Origin: a candidate division FCPU426 bacterium
Lineage (GTDB): Bacteria > Oederibacteriota > Muellerivitia > Muellerivitales > Muellerivitaceae
Reading direction: 5' to 3'
Assembly: GCA_963796105.1 (NCBI GenBank)
Contig: CAWCKJ010000002.1
Coordinates: 320,001-384,000 of the forward strand
Length of the DNA: 64,000 nt
The stretch's first letter is position 1. Each line of letters opens with the position of its first letter. The notes below the pieces were generated by a model. The model was not told the DNA's origin. It did not search any database and saw only the letters and a program-made list of their open reading frames with translations. This document shows, piece after piece, positions 21,053 to 31,262 of the stretch. Made by a program: the position numbers and the translations under genes.

Positions 21053-21107
21053 AAAGAATTTTAAACCGGACGATTTTGGCTTAGCGTTTCCAATAAAATT
21101 GTAACCT

Positions 21108-21140
21108 CTGAAAAAGTCGGCTTATCGCCGACTTTTTCAG
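21108..21140. terminator. Bidirectional terminator
   Basis: Perfect inverted repeat CTGAAAAAGTCGGC-TTATC-GCCGACTTTTTCAG between convergent genes. Confidence 0.8.
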
Positions 21141-21333
21141 CAATCATTCAAGGTAATCCCATGATTTCCTGCGGAAATCTTTGGGGTCGAAACCTCTGTT
21201 GGCCGCTTTTTTTAGTTTTTCAGAGGTTTCAAATTCTTCGTTTCACCACAGACTCAGAGACACAGCTAATACTAAAGATTTTTTTTAATGCATTACCTTG
21301 GCTGGGCCTCTGGGTCCGTTGTGAATTTGTTTT

Positions 21334-23889
21334 TTATAATCCCACGGCTTCCTTCTTTAGATCCGCCGCGAAATCGCTCCCCCAGTAATCCTTGAGGTCG
21401 TTGGACATTCGATAGAGGAGCCTTTTCAACGCCTGTTTGTTCCCCCCCTCCACGTAATCGGCCGGGTCCGGCTGGTAGTTCCGGATATTCATCATGTTGG
21501 AAGCGTAGCAATCGCCGTCGTAAAGATGCAGGGGCGCCGAGAATTCGACGAGGCCGTTATCGTCGGTGTTCAAGGGCGCTCCGGCGCAGAAATCCCTCGT
21601 TTCAGCCGGCCCCATCCGGAGCAACGCCGCCAAATCCCCCGCCTCCGCCAACCTGACGCGCCCTAAGGCCGCCTTCAATTTTCCTTCCCGCAGGGTCCTT
21701 TCCATATAGGGGATGTCCGGCTTGAGCTCGCCCATCGAGCCCAGCAAGAACAAGTCCGGGACGGGGATTTCCTCCCCGGGGCGGGGAGGTACCCCGAAGA
21801 CATAGACGTAAGGGAAGACCGACGAGAAGGTCCGGCAGACTGATTCCACGTCGCTGGTCCTCATGGCGTAAACCTGGAGCCATTGGCAATAGACCCCTTC
21901 CGGGGCCAGGGCCTTCCTTCCGATCTCAAAGCATTCCCGGGTGAAAAGGTTGGAGACGCCCGAAAGCCAGGGGTTGCTGGGCTCGGAAATAATGACGTCG
22001 TATTTTTTAGGGGTGACCCGGAAATAATGACGGGCGTCGTCGGGAATGAAATGGAATTTGGGGTCGGTGAGGACGTTGAAGTTGAAATCATTGAAGAGGG
22101 AGGCGGCACGGGGCATGAAGGGCTCCAACTCCACCACGTCCAGGGAACCCAGGTGGTGCTGGAGTGCGGTCCCGGGCGTGATGCCGCTGGCCAGCCCGAT
22201 GACTGCCACCTGGTCCGCCGGTTTCTTGAGGGAGCATTCCCGCCAGAGGAGGGGCAGGTGGGCCGCCAATTGCTCGGTGGGAAGGTCCCCCACCGAGGAG
22301 GCCTCGACCTTGCCGTTGTTGGATAGGACCAGGACGCCAATTTTGACGGCCTTTTCCACGGTGACAGTGGTGACCAGCCCTTCCCGGTAATAAAGCAGTT
22401 TTGAGTCGGCCAGCCTTTGGCGGTATCCGGGAATATAGTCATTCCAGGCGGTGATGGCCTGGAAAAAAGGCCCGACCGCCAGGTTGTGGGTGTTCCAGGC
22501 GGGCAGGAGCGCCCAGAGGGCCGGGGGCAATGCCAGGGCCAACATGGCCATGACGGGCCAAAGCATCCTTGGAAAATAAAGGGTCCGTTGGGAATAAAGA
22601 AGAAGGCCCGCCGCGAGGAAGTTCAGGCAGGCCGCCGCTTCCAGGGTCTCCCGCACCCCCACTAGGGGTATCAAGAGGAAGGCCGCGAGAAGGGAACCCA
22701 TGATGGCTCCAAGTGTATTGGCGGCGTAAACCAAACCCACCTTTTCGCCCGGGTCGCGGGAGAACCAGGGGTGGGATTTCAGCGCCAGGGGGAAGAGGGA
22801 GCCCGCCAGGAAAGCCGTCGGGAACAGGACCCCGAAGGCCAAAACAAACTGGATGGCCTTCTGCCACTGGTTCAGGTCCAGCCCGAAACGTTCGGTGAGC
22901 TGGGCGAGCCCCATGAAAACAATCCAGAGGCGGTCAAAGCAGTAGGCTGTGCCGATGACGACGGCTCCCAAAAGCGCCTGGAGAAAGGCCATCCTTCGCG
23001 CGGCCGGGGAACCCGAAAGGGGGGAGCGGGAGAAGACGAAGGCGCCGGCGCTCAAACCCGCGAGGAAGGAAGCCAGCATGGCGCTGAAGGAGTAAACCGA
23101 GCCGCCCAGGATCATCGAAAGGATCCGGTTATAGCCCACCTCGTCCATCATGGCCGCGATCCCCGACAGGCAGGCCGCGGCCAGCACCGCGGTGACAACC
23201 GCTTCCCGGGGCAAGGGGGATTCCTGTTTTTTTTCCGCGGGTTCCGGGAGGCCTTTACCGGAAAAATGTTTCCCCAGGAACCAGGCCGACAGCCCCAAGG
23301 CGGTGTTGACCAATACCGCCAGGAGGGTGGTGGATTGCTGGCCGAAAGCGGGAAGAAGCCAGTAACCCGCCGCCACGGCGCCCGCCACCGCCCCGGCGGT
23401 GTTCACGGCGTAGAGGCCCCCCGCGAAGGACTTGCCGCTTGGCTCCAATCCCTCCGAGAGTCTCGAGAGGCAAGGCAGGGTGGCCCCCATGAGTATGGTG
23501 GGTAGGATCAAAAGCGCCAGCGAACCCAAAAGCCGGGGAAGGATAAAGAGGGAATGGGAAAGGGGCCAATGGGTTTCCAGGAGCAGGAAGCCCGAGTCCG
23601 CGAGGGGAAAACCCAAGGAAAGAAAAAGCGCGTAGAGGCCGATGCCCAGTTCCAGCGCCCCGTAAACCTGGAGGGGATGGCGGAGGCGGGACCAGCGGCC
23701 GCCCCACCGGCTTCCCAAAAACAAGCCCGACATGTAGGCGGCTAAAACCACCCCGGCGGAATAGGTGGTCGCCCCCAGGATCAACTGGAATTGGCGGGTC
23801 CAGAGGACCTCATACAAAAGGCTGGTGGCGCCCGAGAAGAGAAAAAGGACGGCGGCTGCCGCGCGGGCCCGGTGGGAAGTAGGGTTCAC
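21334..23889 (-). CDS. Fused MFS-like membrane domain / spermidine synthase-like methyltransferase
   Basis: FLFSGATSLLYEVLWTR, LYAVNTAGA, IGLASGIT, YDVIISEPSNPW. Confidence 0.9.
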   Translation of the reverse strand: MNPTSHRARAAAAVLFLFSGATSLLYEVLWTRQFQLILGATTYSAGVVLAAYMSGLFLGSRWGGRWSRLRHPLQVYGALELGIGLYALFLSLGFPLADSGFLLLETHWPLSHSLFILPRLLGSLALLILPTILMGATLPCLSRLSEGLEPSGKSFAGGLYAVNTAGAVAGAVAAGYWLLPAFGQQSTTLLAVLVNTALGLSAWFLGKHFSGKGLPEPAEKKQESPLPREAVVTAVLAAACLSGIAAMMDEVGYNRILSMILGGSVYSFSAMLASFLAGLSAGAFVFSRSPLSGSPAARRMAFLQALLGAVVIGTAYCFDRLWIVFMGLAQLTERFGLDLNQWQKAIQFVLAFGVLFPTAFLAGSLFPLALKSHPWFSRDPGEKVGLVYAANTLGAIMGSLLAAFLLIPLVGVRETLEAAACLNFLAAGLLLYSQRTLYFPRMLWPVMAMLALALPPALWALLPAWNTHNLAVGPFFQAITAWNDYIPGYRQRLADSKLLYYREGLVTTVTVEKAVKIGVLVLSNNGKVEASSVGDLPTEQLAAHLPLLWRECSLKKPADQVAVIGLASGITPGTALQHHLGSLDVVELEPFMPRAASLFNDFNFNVLTDPKFHFIPDDARHYFRVTPKKYDVIISEPSNPWLSGVSNLFTRECFEIGRKALAPEGVYCQWLQVYAMRTSDVESVCRTFSSVFPYVYVFGVPPRPGEEIPVPDLFLLGSMGELKPDIPYMERTLREGKLKAALGRVRLAEAGDLAALLRMGPAETRDFCAGAPLNTDDNGLVEFSAPLHLYDGDCYASNMMNIRNYQPDPADYVEGGNKQALKRLLYRMSNDLKDYWGSDFAADLKKEAVGL

Positions 23890-23898
23890 GAAGACCGG

Positions 23899-25065
23899 TT
23901 AAATCTTGAACTCATAAAGCGCGTTGAGGGTCCAAAAACGGTAGCGCAGGTCCACCGGAATATCGAGGGCAGGGTCGTAAGCGGCGTTGTGCGCGATGAC
24001 ATAATCGAACCCCCCGGAAAAATTCAAGGCCGAGCCCTTGTCCAAGGGGACGAAATAGCTTGGGTTCAACCCGAACATCCATCCGCCGCCGTCATAAAGC
24101 CCGGAAGAGTCCCAGAGGGGATAGCCGTTGGCCCAGACATACTTGACCTGGCCGCCAATGGAAAAGTTCCCGAAGGTATAGGAAGGAGAGGCGTTCAATT
24201 GCTCTCCGGATGAGCCGTAAGGCTCAAAACCATAGACGACCGAACTGCCTGAGAGGTAATAGCGCTGGGCCAGGGTGTAAACCATTCCGCCGATTTCCCA
24301 GGAAAACCCGGCCGGGTTGTAAAAGGAATAGGAAGCGGTGAAATTGGGCCCCAATTGGAAATCGGTCAAGCCGTTTTCCAGCGTGGGTTCGTAGGCCATG
24401 GCCGAAAAGCGGAAAGTGCTGGATTGGTGGTTCGGGAAGGACTCAATCCGGTTGAGGGCCAGGAAAAAACAGTCCCCGATCTTGAAGGGGGAGTCCTGTG
24501 GAAAGCCGGAGTCGGGATTGTAGGGGCCCGAATAGTTGTAGCCGAGCGATACCCCGAATTTGACATCCTTCCCGGAGGGAAAGGAAAGGGCGTAAAGGCC
24601 GCCGATGCCCCAGCCCTCGTCCTGGTAGCGGCTGTTGATGAAGATCATGGGAACGCTGGACGGAATTTCCTTCGTTTCCCAGGCGGGATCGCCCGTGGGA
24701 ATGGTCAGGTCCAACTCGGCCATGGAGGAGACCCCGAAGGTCTTGAAACAAAGCTGGCTTCCCAGGGAAGTCGCCGTCAGGTTGGACAAATCCAGGGTTT
24801 CGGTCCCGGCCAGCGAGTCGGTGTATTTGCCCGCGGCGAAGGCAGTTTGCCCGTAAAGGTTCCAATTGGGGTTGGGAGCGTAGCAAACGTTCAAAGGCGC
24901 GAGCAGGTCAAAACCGCTGTAGGGCCCGATGGAATTGAGCGCATTCCACCCGCTGTAATCCGGGCCGAACGTGATCATCCCTTGGTAATCAGCCTGGGCC
25001 GTTCCAAAACCGGTTAAAAACAAAATGGAGAATAACAGTTTAGGAATGAAGGATTGTTTTTTCAT
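23899..25065 (-). CDS. Probable outer-membrane beta-barrel protein
   Basis: Signal peptide, aromatic-rich beta strands, terminal LYEFKI; coupled to the FecR gene. Confidence 0.6.
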   Translation of the reverse strand: MKKQSFIPKLLFSILFLTGFGTAQADYQGMITFGPDYSGWNALNSIGPYSGFDLLAPLNVCYAPNPNWNLYGQTAFAAGKYTDSLAGTETLDLSNLTATSLGSQLCFKTFGVSSMAELDLTIPTGDPAWETKEIPSSVPMIFINSRYQDEGWGIGGLYALSFPSGKDVKFGVSLGYNYSGPYNPDSGFPQDSPFKIGDCFFLALNRIESFPNHQSSTFRFSAMAYEPTLENGLTDFQLGPNFTASYSFYNPAGFSWEIGGMVYTLAQRYYLSGSSVVYGFEPYGSSGEQLNASPSYTFGNFSIGGQVKYVWANGYPLWDSSGLYDGGGWMFGLNPSYFVPLDKGSALNFSGGFDYVIAHNAAYDPALDIPVDLRYRFWTLNALYEFKI

Positions 25066-25883
25066 GGCGTCGCGTAAATGATGCCGCGGTTTGGGCCCGC
25101 CGCCGGGGGGGGATTCAACCGGTATTGGAGGCCTCCTGCCTGCGGGTCGTCGAAGGCATGGGCGTTGTAAGTTTGAACCCCGCCCATGAACTGCTTGTGA
25201 AGGTCCACGAAGACAGGGTCGGAGAATCCTAATGGTTTTTGGGTTCCGGTTTTAGAACCGTCGGCGGACCCAACGGATTTCGTGACTTCGCCTGGTTTGC
25301 CCTTGATGAATTGGAGTTCCTCACCCGCGTTCAATACCCTGTTGGTTCCGCCAGCCTTGGCATAGACGCTTCCCTCGGACACCCTCAAGTCCAGTTTCCC
25401 GGAGGCGGGTTCGTAATCCATGGTAAATTCCGTGCCGCGCACGCCACAGACCACGCCGCCAGCCTCAATCTCGAAAGCGGACTTGCTTGAACCCAGCTTG
25501 GCGGCCTGGGCTAAAAGTTTTCCCAAGGCCATTTTGAAGCGCATGATTTTGCCGAGATTAGGGAGCTTCCGGAGGCGGGTGATGGAAAAATCGGTGTCCG
25601 GGCCGAGGGCGATCCGGGAGCCGTCGAAAAATTTCAGGACGGCCGAGGCATTTTTGGATGTGAAAACCCGTTCCCCTTCAGCCAGAACGGTTCCTTCCTG
25701 AGCGGAACGGGTTGGCTGGCTTCCGGGGCCCGCCACCGTTACCGGGCCTGTCACTGAGGCCAAGAGGCACTGGGCGGGGTTAGAAGCCGCTAAAAGAGGA
25801 AGGATGGAATGGGGTGAACATAATAAAAGCGCCAGAATGAAAAACCGCTTTAATAACTTATTTTGATAGGCCCGGGTTGGCAT
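25062..25883 (-). CDS. FecR-domain protein
   Basis: LKFFDGSRIALGPDT, FEIEAGGVVCGVRGTEF, VSEGSV. Confidence 0.85.
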   Translation of the reverse strand: MPTRAYQNKLLKRFFILALLLCSPHSILPLLAASNPAQCLLASVTGPVTVAGPGSQPTRSAQEGTVLAEGERVFTSKNASAVLKFFDGSRIALGPDTDFSITRLRKLPNLGKIMRFKMALGKLLAQAAKLGSSKSAFEIEAGGVVCGVRGTEFTMDYEPASGKLDLRVSEGSVYAKAGGTNRVLNAGEELQFIKGKPGEVTKSVGSADGSKTGTQKPLGFSDPVFVDLHKQFMGGVQTYNAHAFDDPQAGGLQYRLNPPPAAGPNRGIIYATP

Positions 25884-25974
25884 AAGATTCCCCATCGAAT
25901 GAATTGTCCTAAAGGCTAACAGATAGGAAAAACAAAAATCAATACTGGGGTCTTGAGATATGTGGGGTTTTCTT

Positions 25975-26002
25975 TGTTCCCTCAGGGTCCCCGTCGTGGA
26001 CA
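25975..26002. repeat. 28-bp quasi-palindromic cassette boundary site 1
   Basis: TGTTCCCTCAG-GGTCCC-CGTCGTGGACA. Confidence 0.8.
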
Positions 26003-26034
26003 ACCTTTTCAACCCACTTTAGCTTTTTTCGGAC

Positions 26035-26898
26035 TTAGAGCTCATGGGCTTTAAGAAGGTCAAACCAAATCCAATTTTCGATTGGATGCAAATATATCCA
26101 AAAAAACAATACCAATATAGCCAGTAAAAAATCAGGCCAATTTCTTCGTCCCAAACTAAACGAAATCCAGACCACATTTGCCAAAAGCATTAATACAAGG
26201 ATCGGCAAGGCGGTAAATCCCCACCCAATTGCCATATTGCCAGTCACAATGTATCCCTCATTTGTTAGTTCCGGCCAACTTAACTTTGAAACCAACAAAT
26301 ACAAAATCAAACTCAAAAGATTTACAAACATCCAAATTTTATTTCGTTTCGCGGAGTCCCATAAAGCTATTCCGGATTTTTTCTCGTTTCCGGATTTAAC
26401 ACTCGTGTCTGAACCTTCGTGTTTTCGATTGTGTTTTTTTATCGAATAATAAAATCCTAATAATAAGGCAGCCAATGGAGGCAAAATATAAAACCATATT
26501 GAAAAAAACGCATAATTTACCGCTTCCCAAAACCAACGATTGAATCTCCAAAGCCAATTTTTCGAATCCTCCTTGATCTTTGAATACGTTGCCAATTCCG
26601 TCTGAGCTTGATGGTCGTCGGGATCTACAGCTAATGCTTTTCGAATTTCGGCGATAGCGCTGTCATAATCGCCTTTATGAAAAAAGACATCGGAACTCAC
26701 TATGTAAGACCTGACTAATTTTTGTTTCTCAGTCGGGAATGGATAAACGGGGGTAGGGATAACACCGACATCGCTTGCATGGGGTGTGATCTGCGTGACT
26801 GGAGCACCCTGAGAGAAGAGGATAGGCCCTATCGAAAAAAGAATTAGGAGGGAAAGCAAGGGGATCAATCGTTTGATGGGTTTAATTTCAGACATCAA
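26035..26898 (-). CDS. TPR-containing membrane protein (cassette 1)
   Basis: Signal-like N-terminus, one TPR (KGDYDSAIAEIRKALAVDP), about 4 TM segments; AT-rich. Confidence 0.7.
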   Translation of the reverse strand: MMSEIKPIKRLIPLLSLLILFSIGPILFSQGAPVTQITPHASDVGVIPTPVYPFPTEKQKLVRSYIVSSDVFFHKGDYDSAIAEIRKALAVDPDDHQAQTELATYSKIKEDSKNWLWRFNRWFWEAVNYAFFSIWFYILPPLAALLLGFYYSIKKHNRKHEGSDTSVKSGNEKKSGIALWDSAKRNKIWMFVNLLSLILYLLVSKLSWPELTNEGYIVTGNMAIGWGFTALPILVLMLLANVVWISFSLGRRNWPDFLLAILVLFFWIYLHPIENWIWFDLLKAHEL

Positions 26899-26913
26899 TT
26901 ACCCCTTTCCTGT

Positions 26914-26941
26914 TGTCCACGATGGCTCCCCAGAATGGACA
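26914..26941. repeat. 28-bp boundary site 2
   Basis: TGTCCACGATG-GCTCCC-CAGAATGGACA. Confidence 0.8.
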
Positions 26942-26963
26942 ATCTTTCTTGATCGGCGATCCC

Positions 26964-28436
26964 TCACGAGAAGGCTTTGATAACGGTGTCCTTGAAGAAT
27001 TCCAGTTCTTGCTCAGACCCCAACGCTTGATAATTTCCCGCGGTGATAACGCAAACCAGGTCCATTTCGGGTACGACAATAATATGCTGCCCGCCCTTTC
27101 CATGGGAGTAATAGGCAAAGACATCCCCCCGGGGCGTCGGGATCTTTTGCGACCACCAAAGATAACCATAACCGGTAAAGGTCGGCCACGGTTTGCCATC
27201 CGGTGGGATCGGTTGGGGATGGGTGGATTCTTCAACCCATTTAGAAGAAACAACCTGCTTTCCATTCCAATTACCTTTGTCCAAACACAATAAACCCAAT
27301 TTGGCCATATCCCTGGGTCTTAGCCAATGGCTCGCGCCCACTTCCGTGATGCCATTCGGACCGGTTAACCACTGAACACTATGAATCCCCAGCGGGTCAT
27401 AAAGGTATTTTTGGGCGAAATCGCCCACGGACATCCCGCTTTGTTTCGACAACACCGCGCCTAAAAGAGTTAAACAAGAGGTGCAATAACCGTAATGTTG
27501 TCCGGGCCGATGGGCCATGGGCTGGGTCAAACAAAAATCAAGCCAATCAGGGGAGTTGAGCATATCCACTTCACAACCCGCCCCCCCTGCTTTCCGATAT
27601 TGACCATCATCGCAAGCAAAACCCGAGGTCATTGTTAGGAGGGCGCCTAAGGTAATCTCGTTCTTGCGGACATCCCAGTTTGGTTTAGATCGATATTCAG
27701 GAAAATAATTCATGAGTTTATCGGTCGTCTTAAGTAGGTGTTGATCCTCGGCGATCCCCATAAGGATCGACAGGACCGATTTTGAGGTCGACTGGAGTTG
27801 ATGAATTTCTTCGGGGTGATAACCGTAAAAATACTCGTCTAATAAAAGCTTTCCATGGCGAACCAACAGCAAACTATGGATGTTGGGTACATCCTGCATA
27901 AGAACGGCCCTCACGGCATCTTCGATCTTATTTCGATCCCCGCCCGCCTCCTGGATGTCTCCCGGTTCCCACCCGTCGTCCGTTCTCGCGGGTTTTCGGT
28001 AGGTATAATCGATGACGGCTTTGTTCTGATAGTTCACCCTTGGGACCGAATAAACCAAGCCCCTTTTCATTTCCATGGGGTAGGTTTTTCCCGCGACCAG
28101 AGAAAAGGAATCGCTGGTCATTTTCATGGTCCCCTTCAAGGTATCGGGACCTTCCAATGTCAGGTCTACGGCGCCGTCCGTACCGATTTCACCGTGAAAA
28201 GTCTTTCCGGTGACCACTAGGTTTTTAAAGGGTATGCCGATTGCACCCATTTCAATATTGTCGAGATGAGCAATATAGGGAACCTTGTCAGAGCCCTCGA
28301 TCACTAAAGCTTGATGACCTTTACCCAGGCAATCCACGGTCCCATACCAATAGCCCGCCAGCCCCTTAGGGGTGCAAGAGCTTGTCAAAAGAAAGATTGA
28401 ACAAAAACAGAAATAATAGAAAAGACGTTTGGACAC
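26964..28436 (-). CDS. Serine hydrolase of the beta-lactamase/AmpC-like family, probable lipoprotein (cassette 2)
   Basis: SxxK (STSK), LLTMTSG, YCT, LRPRDMAKLG, YGYLWW, HGKGGQ; lipobox-like TSSC; GTG start after AAGAGG. Confidence 0.88.
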   Translation of the reverse strand: MSKRLFYYFCFCSIFLLTSSCTPKGLAGYWYGTVDCLGKGHQALVIEGSDKVPYIAHLDNIEMGAIGIPFKNLVVTGKTFHGEIGTDGAVDLTLEGPDTLKGTMKMTSDSFSLVAGKTYPMEMKRGLVYSVPRVNYQNKAVIDYTYRKPARTDDGWEPGDIQEAGGDRNKIEDAVRAVLMQDVPNIHSLLLVRHGKLLLDEYFYGYHPEEIHQLQSTSKSVLSILMGIAEDQHLLKTTDKLMNYFPEYRSKPNWDVRKNEITLGALLTMTSGFACDDGQYRKAGGAGCEVDMLNSPDWLDFCLTQPMAHRPGQHYGYCTSCLTLLGAVLSKQSGMSVGDFAQKYLYDPLGIHSVQWLTGPNGITEVGASHWLRPRDMAKLGLLCLDKGNWNGKQVVSSKWVEESTHPQPIPPDGKPWPTFTGYGYLWWSQKIPTPRGDVFAYYSHGKGGQHIIVVPEMDLVCVITAGNYQALGSEQELEFFKDTVIKAFS

Positions 28437-28477
28437 ATTAACCTCTTTCTTCGACCCTATAATCATTGAAATATTAT

Positions 28478-28505
28478 CGTCCAATACACCTCCCCGTCGC
28501 GGACA
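28478..28505. repeat. 28-bp boundary site 3
   Basis: CGTCCAATACA-CCTCCC-CGTCGCGGACA. Confidence 0.8.
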
Positions 28506-28519
28506 ACCCCCAAACCCAT

Positions 28520-29155
28520 TTAGGCTCTAAGGAGTTTCCGAGCTTTGAGAAGAACCAAATCTCCAAAGACCGGCCCCTTTTGAATGTTCTCGAATCCCCC
28601 ATCCCTCAAAGCGGTCATGTGTTCCGCCGGGTGAAGAAGATGCTTCAGGGGCTTGGATTTAATCTGGGATCGATCCGCCAGAAGTAGGATACCCCTCGGT
28701 TTCAAGGCCGAGAACATATTCCCATAAAGTCGCGGAATCTTGCGGGCATCCCGCAATTCATGGATTGCTTGGATAGTCACAATAGCGTCGAATTTACTCC
28801 GAAAGCCCCTCCACTTGGGTTGGTCCTCGAAGGAAACGGTCACTCTGCGGGTAACGTTCCTGAATTTCATCAATCTTTTCCCGGCGATTTCTTGCATTGG
28901 CTTCGAGGAATCCCAAAGTAGATATTGATCGACCGAAACGTTCGATAAAAGATACTCCGCGAGATAACCGGGGCCCGACCCTATTTCAAGGATTTTTAAG
29001 GGCCTTCCAACGAGCTTTAAATACGTCACCATCCAACGAAAGACCTTTCGCCGGAAAGGCCGTTTTCGGTTCACCTCTTCAGCCCATTTTTTGACGTAAG
29101 CGGGGTCGTCATAGTGGTGGGGACTGGTTTTTTTCAAAACAACTTCCTTTTGCAT
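28520..29155 (-). CDS. Class I SAM-dependent methyltransferase (cassette 3)
   Basis: ILEIGSGPG, FDAIVTIQAIHEL, LKPRGILLLAD. Confidence 0.88.
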   Translation of the reverse strand: MQKEVVLKKTSPHHYDDPAYVKKWAEEVNRKRPFRRKVFRWMVTYLKLVGRPLKILEIGSGPGYLAEYLLSNVSVDQYLLWDSSKPMQEIAGKRLMKFRNVTRRVTVSFEDQPKWRGFRSKFDAIVTIQAIHELRDARKIPRLYGNMFSALKPRGILLLADRSQIKSKPLKHLLHPAEHMTALRDGGFENIQKGPVFGDLVLLKARKLLRA

Positions 29156-29164
29156 ATTTTTACC

Positions 29165-29192
29165 TGTCCACGATGGGTCCCCATCGTGGACA
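29165..29192. repeat. 28-bp boundary site 4 (perfect palindromic arms)
   Basis: TGTCCACGATG-GGTCCC-CATCGTGGACA, readable as 11-6-11 or 13-2-13. Confidence 0.85.
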
Positions 29193-29240
29193 AGAGAAGT
29201 TGAATCAAATCTTGCATTCGATTAGTCAGTAACGAACAGT

Positions 29241-29837
29241 TTAGCGGTTCGGGAATTTTCCTTTGATGGTTTTGATCGCTAGAAATAGCGTTTGGGGTTT
29301 GTTTGCCAAAGGATGGAAACCGTATTTTTGATAAAACCGGACTGCTTGATCATCTTTGGCGTCCACTACAACTCCGTAAATTCCAACTTCGTTTGATAAA
29401 CGTTCGGCTCTCTGCAAAGCATCCACCAAGAGGGCGATACCGATTCCCCGGCCTTGGTACCGTTTATCCACAGCCAATCTCCCGACCCGAATGGCAGGAG
29501 CGGGATAACGGGGGAGGCCTTTTGAAAGAGGTGGCGGCAACATTTGAGAGTCGATTTCTGAAGACACGGCCGTGTAAAAGCCTAGAACCCTCCCTCCCAC
29601 CTGCGCCGAGGTCCCAAACCGAGGCACCCGCTTTGGTTGTGCCGGTTCCATAGGGGAACCGGCATCACTCCTCAACTGCGCAACAAATGTTTTGCCGATG
29701 TTTCGTTCATGGTTTTGCCGGGCGTATTTTTGAAGATATTCATTGAGCGCTAATACCCCGCAATCAAATGAATCCAAATCTAAATGACGATTTATGGTAT
29801 GGATCTCGAACGCTAAAGAATTCCCTGCGGGGTTCAA
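29241..29837 (-). CDS. GNAT acetyltransferase toxin, TacT/AtaT-like (cassette 4)
   Basis: FDCGVLALNEYL, PAIRVGRLAVDKRYQGRGIG, VVVDAKDDQAVRFYQKYGF. Confidence 0.9.
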   Translation of the reverse strand: MNPAGNSLAFEIHTINRHLDLDSFDCGVLALNEYLQKYARQNHERNIGKTFVAQLRSDAGSPMEPAQPKRVPRFGTSAQVGGRVLGFYTAVSSEIDSQMLPPPLSKGLPRYPAPAIRVGRLAVDKRYQGRGIGIALLVDALQRAERLSNEVGIYGVVVDAKDDQAVRFYQKYGFHPLANKPQTLFLAIKTIKGKFPNR

Positions 29838-30109
29838 GGATGGCTATATTTCTTGATAGCCGCCGTTAAAGCCTTGTTGGGGTGGGGCGGATTTTCCAGG
29901 ATTTTCATGAAAGAGTTCCACTCGCTTTCGGAAAGGGTGATGCGTTTTTGGGACGAAAGCCCTTCCTGGGCGGCCTTCAAGGAATTAGAAAGCATGAAAG
30001 CGCTGAGGCTAAGCCCATAAATCGAAGCGGCCTTCTCCAGCTTGTCCTTGTCTTTCGGGCGGATGCGAATTTCTATCCGTTGTTCCCTTGATTGTATACT
30101 CGTTGCCAT
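29834..30109 (-). CDS. DUF1778 ribbon-helix-helix antitoxin, TacA/AtaR-like (cassette 4)
   Basis: RIEIR...LEKAA..GLSLSAFM...ITLSESEWNSFMKILENPPHPNKAL; 4-bp overlap with the toxin. Confidence 0.9.
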   Translation of the reverse strand: MATSIQSREQRIEIRIRPKDKDKLEKAASIYGLSLSAFMLSNSLKAAQEGLSSQKRITLSESEWNSFMKILENPPHPNKALTAAIKKYSHP

Positions 30110-30184
30110 AAAGGCCTCCTAACTTCTTTAAAAGAATCATACATCAACGTACGGATGATGTCCACACATATTCAGAAAATGGAT

Positions 30185-30212
30185 CGTCCAATACACCCCC
30201 CCGTCGTGGACA
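30185..30212. repeat. 28-bp boundary site 5
   Basis: CGTCCAATACA-CCCCCC-CGTCGTGGACA. Confidence 0.8.
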
Positions 30213-30336
30213 ATCAACTATCCTAAATTTACATGATTTTACTACTTTTGAAGTATTCAGGGGGTAGCGTGTGCTAAATCGAAGCATGTCAGTGAGATGG
30301 CGTATATAAAACCTATGAGAACTAACTTAAATATTT

Positions 30337-31128
30337 TTATCTAACGACGTAAGTGTTTTGTACTGCTCCAACCCTTAATAAACCTGATCCATTGATGATG
30401 TTGGTTGTCGAATTGGAAAAACAAAAACTAATTACATAAGTTCCAGGACCATAAGCATAATCCTGTGATGGAACGCTGATGGGTGGAACCGGATGATTAC
30501 AGGTGAACGGTTGGTTATATGCACCGTTCCCTCCTGGCCAGCGAATATAGATTGGTTCGAATTCCGCACCAACACCCCATCCAACTGTAGATCCGTCTGG
30601 AGCGACCGTGAAATTTCCTGGCGCTTCCAAAGCAGCGGAAGCAGTCCCTATGGTTGTTGTTGTAGATAAAGTGAATGTACAGCCTGCGGTGAATACAAAA
30701 GGGACAGTATTATCGTATTCCGCATAAACATAACCCACTCCGATGGTCACCAAATAATTAAAAGATAATGACACTGTTGTCCCATTGGAACCGGTCAAGG
30801 TTACGCCAGCGGTGGTTTCAGGAGCACCATTAACCGAAAGCAAGAGATCTGCGCTGGGATTCGCACACTGGCAACCATCAATATCTGCGGACTCCCAATA
30901 GATCCCATTGGGTGGCGCTCCTATGTAGGGTTGAGGCGTGGGGACACAAGTTAAAGTAGTTGTGGGGGTTGGAGTAGCGGATGGAGATGTGAGAGGTGCA
31001 TTTGGTGTGGAAAAGGGTTTCTCACAGGCCAGCGGTGAAAGAACCAAAAGAATTAAACCCATTAATATCCAAAGATGTCTCATATTTGTTTTCGTCTTTG
31101 ACCTGAATTTAAAGGCACTTCTTTTCAT
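30337..31128 (-). CDS. Hypothetical lipoprotein (cassette 5); start may be 31083
   Basis: Lipobox SPLAC, Thr/Pro linker, beta-rich domain. Confidence 0.7.
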   Translation of the reverse strand: MKRSAFKFRSKTKTNMRHLWILMGLILLVLSPLACEKPFSTPNAPLTSPSATPTPTTTLTCVPTPQPYIGAPPNGIYWESADIDGCQCANPSADLLLSVNGAPETTAGVTLTGSNGTTVSLSFNYLVTIGVGYVYAEYDNTVPFVFTAGCTFTLSTTTTIGTASAALEAPGNFTVAPDGSTVGWGVGAEFEPIYIRWPGGNGAYNQPFTCNHPVPPISVPSQDYAYGPGTYVISFCFSNSTTNIINGSGLLRVGAVQNTYVVR

Positions 31129-31262
31129 ATATTATAGATGGGTGAAAGATTGATTTATTCCAATAAAATATTAGGTTAATAGAACAAATAAGAGTTTCTG
31201 GAGGAACAAAATATGAGAAATGAGTATTAAGGTAGACATGCGAAAAAAACCTTAAAAAGGGT

